Part shown: one piece after another, positions 6,350 through 12,571 of the stretch
How positions within the stretch are numbered: position 1 is the first letter of the stretch
How the letters are laid out: the number at the start of each line of letters is the position of its first letter
NCBI GenBank assembly: GCA_964457525.1
Contig: CAYWGS010000040.1
Span: forward strand, 1-12,571
DNA length: 12,571 bases
Direction of reading: 5' to 3'
From: an uncultured Erysipelotrichaceae bacterium
GTDB taxonomy: Bacteria; Bacillota_I; Bacilli_A; Erysipelotrichales; Erysipelotrichaceae
Program-made: the position numbers and the translations under genes
Notes under the pieces: model-generated
Database searches by the model: none
Told to the model about the DNA's origin: nothing
What the model saw: only the letters and a program-made list of their open reading frames with translations

Positions 6350-7604
6350 AGAATGGGTTTGGACAGAATCATTTGAATCAAAATTAGAACATTTATACGG
6401 TCCTGATCAAATCGAGAAACAACGTATTCGTTATTTACACCTACTTAGTCGCTTCCAAGAAGTCTTTCCTGAATCAAAGGATTTTGATGTATTCAGTGCA
6501 TCTGGTCGTATTGAAGTCGGTGGAAATCATACCGATCATCAATTAGGACGTGTACTTGCGATGGCAGTTGATTTGGATAGTGTTGCGTTTGTTCGTAAGA
6601 ATAATGACAATATAATTCGTCTAGTTTCTAAGGACTATGAAATTGCGCCAATTGAACTCTCTGATTTAAGCATTCATGAAGATGAATACTATACAACCAT
6701 GGGGATTATTCGTGGTTTAGCCCATTACTTCCATGAAATTCATGGAACTGTAGGTGGATTCGATGCCTATGTTGAAAGTAATGTATTCTCTGGATCTGGT
6801 TTATCTTCATCCGCTTCAATTGAAGTGCTCATCGCGAAAATCTTAGATGAGTATTATGGATCTAATAAAATGATGGTCAGTGATTATGCGATTATCTCTC
6901 AAAAAGCTGAGAATAATTATTTCAATAAACCATGTGGATTAATGGATCAAATGGTAATTGCGCATGGTGGTTTCTGTGCGATTGATTTCTATGATAAAGA
7001 TCATCCTATTGTAAATAAAGTGGATGCTCATGGCATGTTTGATTCGATGGATATCTGTTTGGTTCAAAGTGGTGGATCGCATGCGGATTTATCGGAAGAT
7101 TATGCCGAAATCTTTAGAGATTGTAAGGCATTGTCTCAATATTTCAATCAATCCTATTTATCTCGGGTTAAGTTTGATGATTTCTATGCTTCACTTCCTG
7201 ATTTAAATCAAAAGTTTGATACTCGTGTCATCTTACGTGGTTATCATTTCTTCAAGGAAAATAATCGTGTATTGGATTTAATGGATTCATTGAATAAACA
7301 TGATTTAGAAACATTCTTACATCATATTCTTGCGTCTGGTAATTCTTCTTATCATTACCTACAAAATGTATTGAACAAACATGACACTAAACAAGGACTT
7401 GCATTAGCGCTTATGATGGCTGAGAATCATTTAACCGATAAAGGTGCATGGCGTGTTCATGGGGGTGGATTTGCAGGGACCATCTTGATGTTTGTGCCTA
7501 AGACTCTAACTTCTACACTTAAATCATCGTTTGAAAAGGTCTTTGGAGAAGGCAGTTTCATACAGATTCGTTTAAGAGAAGACGGTGTTATTCGTGTATT
7601 ATAG
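6330..7604 (+). CDS. Galactokinase-family GHMP sugar kinase with a non-canonical N-terminal sugar-binding signature (substrate unknown)
   Basis: 424 aa; strong SD AAGGAG (6318-6323); start overlaps the galM 3' end by 20 nt. GHMP markers: SGSGLSSSAS (6789-6818), KPCGLMDQ, HGGGFAGT near the C-terminus. The GalK-type N-terminal block reads GRIEVGGNHTDH (6504-6539) instead of GRxNLIGEHxDY. Confidence 0.85.
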   Translation: MEITTFKEWVWTESFESKLEHLYGPDQIEKQRIRYLHLLSRFQEVFPESKDFDVFSASGRIEVGGNHTDHQLGRVLAMAVDLDSVAFVRKNNDNIIRLVSKDYEIAPIELSDLSIHEDEYYTTMGIIRGLAHYFHEIHGTVGGFDAYVESNVFSGSGLSSSASIEVLIAKILDEYYGSNKMMVSDYAIISQKAENNYFNKPCGLMDQMVIAHGGFCAIDFYDKDHPIVNKVDAHGMFDSMDICLVQSGGSHADLSEDYAEIFRDCKALSQYFNQSYLSRVKFDDFYASLPDLNQKFDTRVILRGYHFFKENNRVLDLMDSLNKHDLETFLHHILASGNSSYHYLQNVLNKHDTKQGLALALMMAENHLTDKGAWRVHGGGFAGTILMFVPKTLTSTLKSSFEKVFGEGSFIQIRLREDGVIRVL

Positions 7605-7625
7605 ACCTTTCACAGGTCTTTTTTA
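7603..7625 (+). terminator. Rho-independent terminator after the kinase gene
   Basis: AGACCT-ttcac-AGGTCT (6-bp stem 7603-7608/7614-7619, 5-nt loop) followed by TTTTT. The stem overlaps the TAG stop at 7602-7604. Confidence 0.6.
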
Positions 7626-7650
7626 TTATAATTAAGGATGAGGTACAAAT

Positions 7651-8376
7651 ATGGAAAGTAAAGTTGTCGTCATAACAGGCGCAAGTCGTGGTATTGGACT
7701 TGGAATTGCTCAAGCGTTTATCCGTGAAGGTGAGATTGTGTTTTCAATGGATAAAGATAGATATGAGGGAGATTTACCTATTAATCAATTCATTGGGGAT
7801 GTGGCTGATCGATATGATCGAGAGATGTTTGTGAACTTTGTGTTATCGTATGTCAATCATGTAGATGTGTTTATTCATAATGCGATGGAATCGAGTCATG
7901 GGATATTAAGTCCTCTTGATTTAGATCAGTTTGAACGTATCTTATCCATTGGGATTACAGCACCCTATCATTTAGTTGCGTTACTAAAAGAACATATGCC
8001 AATCGGTTCTTCTATGATTAATATTGTTTCAACACGTGCTTTTCAATCTCAAAAGAATACAGAAGCGTATAGTAGTGCTAAAGGTGGATTATCGAGTTTA
8101 ACACATGCCTTAGCGAATAGTTTATCCCCTACCATTCGGGTGAATGCAATTGCGCCTGGATGGATAGATACTCATGATTCAGACTTATCCAATGAAGATC
8201 AAACGCAACATCTTACCCATTCTGTTGGGGATGTGAATGATATCGCAGAGATGGCTTTATTCTTATCTAGTCCTAAGGCGAAGTTTATTACTGCACAGAC
8301 CTTTGTGGTAGATGGTGGTATGAGTAAACGTATGATTTATCATAATGATGAAGGATGGACCTATCATTCTGAATGA
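7651..8376 (+). CDS. SDR family NAD(P)-dependent oxidoreductase (classical short-chain dehydrogenase)
   Basis: 241 aa; SD GAGGT 6 nt upstream. Cofactor motif TGASRGIG (VVVITGASRGIGLGIAQAF), catalytic Ser (IVSTRAF) and YSSAK (YxxxK), and NAIAPGWIDT. An Asp after beta-2 (FSMDKD) hints at NAD preference. Substrate unknown. Confidence 0.85.
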   Translation: MESKVVVITGASRGIGLGIAQAFIREGEIVFSMDKDRYEGDLPINQFIGDVADRYDREMFVNFVLSYVNHVDVFIHNAMESSHGILSPLDLDQFERILSIGITAPYHLVALLKEHMPIGSSMINIVSTRAFQSQKNTEAYSSAKGGLSSLTHALANSLSPTIRVNAIAPGWIDTHDSDLSNEDQTQHLTHSVGDVNDIAEMALFLSSPKAKFITAQTFVVDGGMSKRMIYHNDEGWTYHSE

Positions 8377-8445
8377 ACCATTGTTTCAAGATATTAGTTC
8401 AAAAACTTTGATTATTGAAATAAGAAACCAAAATACTGAAAGGGC

Positions 8446-8474
8446 TTGAATGCACTTTTTGATTGAAGCATAAT
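8446..8474 (+). promoter_or_regulatory. SigA-type promoter candidate for the GH4 gene
   Basis: TTGAAT (8446-8451), 17-nt spacer, CATAAT (8469-8474). The predicted start is ~8481, giving a short leader that carries SD GGAGG (8487-8491) 6 nt before ATG 8498. Confidence 0.55.
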
Positions 8475-8497
8475 GATACCGAAAGCGGAGGTCACAC

Positions 8498-9862
8498 ATG
8501 AAAATTGTTACGATTGGTGGCGGTAGTAGTTATACCCCAGAACTTATTGAAGGATTTATCTTACGCAAACATGAATTACCAATTTCCGAGATTTGGTTAG
8601 TAGACGTAGAAGAAGGAAAAGAAAAATTAGAAATCGTTGGAGCTATGGCTCAACGTATGGTTAAAGCTGCTGGTTTAGATTGGAAAGTTAATCTTACATT
8701 AAACCGTAGAGAAGCTTTAAAAGATGCGGACTTTGTCACAACTCAGTTCCGTGTTGGATTATTAGATGCTCGTATTCGTGATGAAAGAATTCCTCTAAGC
8801 TATGGCTTTATTGGTCAAGAAACCAATGGGGCTGGTGGTATGATGAAGGCTTTACGTACGATTCCTGTTATCTTAGACATCATTAAAGACATGAAAGAAT
8901 TATGTCCTAATGCATGGTTGGTTAACTTCACTAATCCAAGTGGTATCGTAACTGAAGCTGCGATCAAAGTCGGTGGATGGAAACGTACGATTGGTTTATG
9001 TAATGTGCCTATTGGTCATATTGCGTCATCTAATGCGGTTATGGGTTTCTCTGAATTTGATACAACATTATTCTATAAATTTGCTGGTTTAAATCATTTC
9101 CATTGGCATAAAGTATGGGATAAGGCTGGTAATGAAATTACCGATTATCTCATTGAACAAGTTTATAATCCAGAAAACAAAGCTAAATACGAAGGTATGA
9201 AGAATATCCGTAACTTACCTTTCAGTTATGAACAAATCAAACATTTAGGTATCTTACCTTGTGGTTATCACCGTTATTACTACATCCAAGAAGATATGTT
9301 AAATGAAGAATTAGAGGCGTTTGAAAATCATACAACTCGTGCAGAAACGGTTAAGAAAACAGAAGCTGAATTGTTTGAACTATACAAAGATCCTAAACTA
9401 GACTACAAACCTGAACAATTAACTAAGCGTGGTGGTACGCACTACTCTGATGCGGCTTGTGAAGTTATTGCGTCTATCGTTAATAATAAGAAGACTCAAA
9501 TGGTTGTAAGTACACAAAACAATGGGGCAATCTCTGATCTACCTTACGATAGTATCGTTGAAATCTCTGCTCTAATCACTTCTCACGGTGCAGAACCTCT
9601 AAACTGGGGTTCATTCAAACCTGCAGCTCGTGGTGTATTACAAATCCAAAAAGCGATGGAAGAAGTTATCATTGAAGCAGCTGTTACTGGTGATTATGGT
9701 GCAGCTCTACATGCCTTCACGATTAACCCACTTATCTCTGGTGGTGCTAAAGCTAAGGCTATGTTGGATGAAATGCTTGTGGCGAATAAAGACTATTTAC
9801 CTCAATTCAAATCTGTTATTGCGGAATTAGAGGCAAATGGTGTCGTTTATCACAAGAAATAA
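8498..9862 (+). CDS. licH: Glycoside hydrolase family 4 6-phospho-beta-glucosidase (LicH/CelF/ChbF-like)
   Basis: 454 aa. The N-terminal NAD-binding MKIVTIGGGSSYTPELIEGF is followed by long stretches that match my recollection of B. subtilis LicH / E. coli ChbF: HELPISEIWLVDV, REALKDADFVTTQFRVG, DERIPLSYGFIGQETNGAGG, LRTIPVILDI, CPNAWLVNFTNPSG, GLCNVPIG, GLNHFHW, LPCGYHRYYY, RGGTHYSDAACEVI, AAVTGDYGAALHAFTINPL. Confidence 0.92.
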   Translation: MKIVTIGGGSSYTPELIEGFILRKHELPISEIWLVDVEEGKEKLEIVGAMAQRMVKAAGLDWKVNLTLNRREALKDADFVTTQFRVGLLDARIRDERIPLSYGFIGQETNGAGGMMKALRTIPVILDIIKDMKELCPNAWLVNFTNPSGIVTEAAIKVGGWKRTIGLCNVPIGHIASSNAVMGFSEFDTTLFYKFAGLNHFHWHKVWDKAGNEITDYLIEQVYNPENKAKYEGMKNIRNLPFSYEQIKHLGILPCGYHRYYYIQEDMLNEELEAFENHTTRAETVKKTEAELFELYKDPKLDYKPEQLTKRGGTHYSDAACEVIASIVNNKKTQMVVSTQNNGAISDLPYDSIVEISALITSHGAEPLNWGSFKPAARGVLQIQKAMEEVIIEAAVTGDYGAALHAFTINPLISGGAKAKAMLDEMLVANKDYLPQFKSVIAELEANGVVYHKK

Positions 9863-9869
9863 TGAATCT

Positions 9870-9900
9870 AAGAACTAAGCAAAAACTTAGTTCTTTTTTT
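9870..9900 (+). terminator. Rho-independent terminator after the GH4 gene
   Basis: AAGAACTAAG-caaaaa-CTTAGTTCTT (perfect 10-bp stem 9870-9879/9886-9895), with a T-run extending to 9900. Confidence 0.85.
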
Positions 9901-9905
9901 ATTCA

Positions 9906-9914
9906 TGGTATGAT
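9906..9914 (+). promoter_or_regulatory. Candidate extended -10 element (TGgTATGAT) for the M23 peptidase gene
   Basis: TG at 9906-9907 plus TATGAT at 9909-9914, ~10 nt upstream of SD AGGAG (9924-9928). There is no convincing -35, because that position lies in the preceding terminator. It would give a very short leader. Confidence 0.3.
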
Positions 9915-9934
9915 AGTGATGTTAGGAGAGATTT

Positions 9935-11143
9935 ATGAAATTCATTAAAACATTCATTTTAATACTATTTGTCGCACTCATTGCGCTTGGTGGATATGCG
10001 TTTTATGACTATCAAAACGTTTTAAAGAAAGAAGCACCGATTCAAACAATTTCTTTTAACCAACAAGAAATTAGTTTTCAATCTGCGACAGTTCAAGATT
10101 CAATCTTGTTTGGTTTATATCCAATTAAACAAGAATATATTTATGAGACAATACCTACACTTGAGACTCAAAACATCGTAAACGAGTTAAATCTATTGCC
10201 TCAGGATGAAGTCATCATTACAGATCCAAATAATCAGATTGAAAATACAGTCGGTTTAAATCAAATCAATTTAGAAAATAATGGTTTATATCATATTCAA
10301 GTCAATCGAACCATCGATCAAACGAGTTATATCTTTAGTTTCAATGTTCAAGTTGATACTCATCCCATCATATCCATTAGTAATCAAAATCCTGTTCAAG
10401 GGGAATTACTGATAGTAGAGATTGATAATATCCCTTTAAATAGTCAAATAGAGATTACGAATCACTTTAGACCTTCCGCAATCAGTCAAAAAGACTATAA
10501 AGCTCGCTTTTATCTACCAATGGCTTATCGTGAAGCCGCAAAAGTCTACCCATTAACCCTTAGTATTAATGGACAAGAATACAATTATGAACTTGATGTA
10601 AATACCTATGAATTCAAAGAAATACACTTTACGGTTCAACAGACAGTTGTAAGTAGTACAGTGGGCAATAATGATGCGGTCATTCAGTATCGTGAAACCA
10701 TCTACCCTCTATATGAAACATTCGAGACAGAAGAGTATTGGGAAGGCAATTTCATCAATCCTGTTGAAGGAGCACGTATGTCTTCTACCTTTGGTGAAAT
10801 GCGTTTTGTGAACAATGCAAAAACACCAACACGTCATGCAGGTATTGATTATGCGATTGCTTGTGGTACTGAAGTTCTTGCCTCAAATGCAGGTAAAGTT
10901 GAGTACGCTGGATTCCTAACGATGATTGGAAACACCATCGTCATTGATCATGGCCTTGGTTTAAAAACATTCTATGAACACATGGAAGATATAACCATTA
11001 CTCAAGGTGATATGGTTGAGAAAGGTCAATTGATAGGTCATGTTGGAACGACTGGTTATTCTACGGGTTGTCATCTACATTTTCAAGCGATGGTTAAGAA
11101 TCAATCGATTAATCCAGAATTCTTGTATATGATTGATAATTAA
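9935..11143 (+). CDS. Membrane-anchored M23 family metallopeptidase (LytM-type peptidoglycan endopeptidase)
   Basis: 402 aa with an N-terminal TM anchor (FILILFVALIALGGYAF). The C-terminal M23 catalytic blocks are HAGIDYA (HxxxD), GNTIVIDHGLGLKTFYEHM, GQLIGHVGTTGYSTGCHLHF (HxH). The ~270-aa region between anchor and catalytic domain is unassigned. Confidence 0.87.
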   Translation: MKFIKTFILILFVALIALGGYAFYDYQNVLKKEAPIQTISFNQQEISFQSATVQDSILFGLYPIKQEYIYETIPTLETQNIVNELNLLPQDEVIITDPNNQIENTVGLNQINLENNGLYHIQVNRTIDQTSYIFSFNVQVDTHPIISISNQNPVQGELLIVEIDNIPLNSQIEITNHFRPSAISQKDYKARFYLPMAYREAAKVYPLTLSINGQEYNYELDVNTYEFKEIHFTVQQTVVSSTVGNNDAVIQYRETIYPLYETFETEEYWEGNFINPVEGARMSSTFGEMRFVNNAKTPTRHAGIDYAIACGTEVLASNAGKVEYAGFLTMIGNTIVIDHGLGLKTFYEHMEDITITQGDMVEKGQLIGHVGTTGYSTGCHLHFQAMVKNQSINPEFLYMIDN

Positions 11144-11196
11144 TGAAAGATTAACGAAAAAAGGTTTATACTAATAACTAAATATTCAAAGTTTAT

Positions 11197-11221
11197 GAGT
11201 CACAAACAATGTTTGTGGCTC
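11197..11221 (+). other. 11-bp stem / 3-nt loop hairpin in the lysA upstream region
   Basis: GAGTCACAAAC-aat-GTTTGTGGCTC (10 Watson-Crick pairs + 1 G:U). It is not followed by a T-tract and ends 10 nt before the lysA SD (AGGAG 11231-11235). Confidence 0.5.
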
Positions 11222-11241
11222 TCGTACTATAGGAGAATTGT

Positions 11242-12528
11242 ATGACCTTTAATCCCTTTTTGGCTCATGAGAATCACTTAATGATTGGATCCTATAAGGT
11301 ATCTGATTTAGCGAATAAATATCAAACCCCTCTCTTTATCATGGATGAATCGTTGATTCGTTCTAAGATGAGATATTTTAAAGACCTCTTTCAATCTCCT
11401 TACTGTGAGAGTCAAGTTATCTATGCCTCTAAGGCATTTCTTAATCTTGCGATGTGTCAGTTGGTGAAAGAAGAAGGTCTTTTTTTAGATGTGGTGAGTG
11501 GTGGAGAACTCTACACAGCACATAAAGCGGACTTTCCTATGTCGCATATCCTTTTCCATGGAAATAATAAATCGATTGAAGAACTTCAAATGGCGATTGA
11601 ATATGGTGTTGGAAGGATTGTGGTTGATAATCCAACAGAACTAAATAATTTAATTCAACTGATTCCAAATGGAAAATTCGTATCCATTTTATTACGAGTT
11701 AATCCTGGGATTGAGGCACATACCCATGAATATATTGCGACCAGTAAACATGATTCTAAGTTTGGAGTCAGTATTTTTGATTCATCCACGATTGATTTAA
11801 TAAAGTTATGTGTGAATGAACCAAAGATTCTATTCAAAGGTCTACATGCGCATATTGGTTCACAAATCTTAGATGGAACATCGTTTGTGAAAGAGATGAA
11901 TATACTACTCGATTATGTACATCAATTACATAATGTTGGGATAACTGTGGATGAAATCAATATGGGGGGTGGATTTGGGGTTTCGTATACAAAGGATGAT
12001 GTCGAGATGGATTTGGCTACTACCCTTCCAAAAATACTTGAATATGTAGGACAACGAAGTCAAGAACTTGGATTAAAGTGTCCTAAAATATTCATTGAAC
12101 CCGGACGTTCTATTGTCGCAAATGCTGGGATAACTGTTTATAATGTGGGTTCAGTAAAGACAACTCACAGCCAAAAGAAGTTTGTGTTTGTGGATGGGTC
12201 CATGGCAGATCATATCCGAACAGCGCTTTATCAAGCACAGTATGAAGCGGATTTGGTGGATCGTATGGATGAAGAAAAGACACATCATTATACGATTGCA
12301 GGTAAGGCTTGTGAATCTGGAGATATCTTAATTCATGATTGTGTTTTACCTGAAGTAAGGGAAAATGATTATTTAGTTGTTTATTCAACTGGGGCTTATC
12401 ATTACTCGATGAGTTCAAATTATAATCGTTTACAGAAACCTGCTGTTATATTTGTGAATCATGATGCTGTACGGCTAGTGTCTAAACGAGAAACATATAA
12501 TGATCTTTTAAGGAATGATTGTTTATAG
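11242..12528 (+). CDS. lysA: Diaminopimelate decarboxylase
   Basis: 428 aa; SD AGGAG upstream. Fold-III PLP decarboxylase blocks in LysA order: YASKAF (PLP Lys), HGNNK, HAHIGSQ, GGGFGVSY, EPGRSIVANAG, CESGD, TGAYHYSMSSNYN. Confidence 0.93.
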   Translation: MTFNPFLAHENHLMIGSYKVSDLANKYQTPLFIMDESLIRSKMRYFKDLFQSPYCESQVIYASKAFLNLAMCQLVKEEGLFLDVVSGGELYTAHKADFPMSHILFHGNNKSIEELQMAIEYGVGRIVVDNPTELNNLIQLIPNGKFVSILLRVNPGIEAHTHEYIATSKHDSKFGVSIFDSSTIDLIKLCVNEPKILFKGLHAHIGSQILDGTSFVKEMNILLDYVHQLHNVGITVDEINMGGGFGVSYTKDDVEMDLATTLPKILEYVGQRSQELGLKCPKIFIEPGRSIVANAGITVYNVGSVKTTHSQKKFVFVDGSMADHIRTALYQAQYEADLVDRMDEEKTHHYTIAGKACESGDILIHDCVLPEVRENDYLVVYSTGAYHYSMSSNYNRLQKPAVIFVNHDAVRLVSKRETYNDLLRNDCL

Positions 12529-12571
12529 GCTTGTTTAATGAAATAACTCGATAAATATCATTTTTTAATGC

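Noticed and set aside
7627-7632. TATAAT hexamer between the kinase terminator and the SDR gene.
   Set aside because: It has no usable -35, since that position falls in the terminator stem. The implied start would truncate the SD, and such a hexamer is expected by chance in AT-rich spacer DNA.
8380-8390. ATTGTTTCAAG, faintly resembling the start of a BglG/LicT RAT antiterminator target.
   Set aside because: There is only partial similarity and no paired terminator structure. No BglG-family antiterminator gene is nearby, and the sequence lies upstream of the predicted promoter.
8437-8450. cre-like sequence TGAAAGGGCTTGAA upstream of the GH4 gene.
   Set aside because: It has three mismatches to the TGWAANCGNTNWCA consensus, including the central CG. 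It overlaps the -35 box by chance-level similarity only.
8439-8460. Hairpin AAAGGGC-ttgaat-GCACTTT + TT as a possible terminator for the SDR gene.
   Set aside because: It has an internal mismatch, most of the T-run is consumed by the stem, and the loop is the -35 hexamer of a well-spaced promoter. The call is ambiguous, so it is not annotated as a terminator.
8450-8473. 7-codon mini-ORF (MHFLIEA*) upstream of the GH4 gene.
   Set aside because: It overlaps the predicted -35/-10 elements and so is probably not transcribed. It is too short and featureless to support as a leader peptide.
11144-11241. Lysine (L-box) riboswitch or T-box upstream of lysA.
   Set aside because: The gap is only 98 nt with a single simple hairpin, far shorter than either element, and none of their conserved helices is evident.
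1-12571. Search for CRISPR repeats, tRNA/rRNA/ncRNA genes, IS/transposon ends, integrases, toxin-antitoxin pairs, restriction-modification or other defence modules, and compositional islands.
   Set aside because: There are no spaced direct repeats and no transposase, recombinase, nuclease or ATPase-type ORFs. Intergenic gaps are all about 155 nt or shorter. Composition and codon style look uniform by eye across the window. A formal GC/k-mer scan was not possible.

Overview
This is an AT-rich, low-GC Bacillota-like chromosomal segment. The organism cannot be identified from the sequence alone, and composition was judged by eye, not computed. It holds eleven well-supported protein genes plus a probable CDS tail at the left edge. 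A leftward block (116-5165) and a rightward block (5321-12528) diverge from a ~155-bp control region. Leftward genes: a small SHOCT/DUF2078-like membrane protein, a Cof-type HAD-IIB phosphatase, a YdhF-like aldo/keto reductase, and a YesN/YesM-type two-component pair. That pair is a REC + AraC-HTH regulator followed by a sensor kinase that stops before any HATPase_c domain. Rightward genes: an aldose 1-epimerase overlapping a galactokinase-family GHMP kinase with a non-canonical sugar-binding signature, an SDR oxidoreductase, a self-contained GH4 6-phospho-beta-glucosidase unit with its own promoter and terminator, a membrane-anchored M23 peptidase, and diaminopimelate decarboxylase (lysA). 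I find no CRISPR array, tRNA/rRNA, transposase/integrase, phage or recognisable defence genes. I therefore do not think this is a mobile or defence island. It reads as a carbohydrate-metabolism neighbourhood next to housekeeping genes, and I cannot honestly point to a clearly novel system. The points most worth a second look are the ATPase-less histidine kinase with an intact partner regulator, the mutarotase + atypical anomeric-kinase bicistron (no galT/galE, no transporter), and the PTS-less GH4 gene. There are also a few small sequence structures: a 30-bp in-gene tandem duplication, a 16-bp perfect palindrome, and an 11-bp hairpin in the lysA leader. All functional calls rest on motifs read directly in the translations; no database search was possible.
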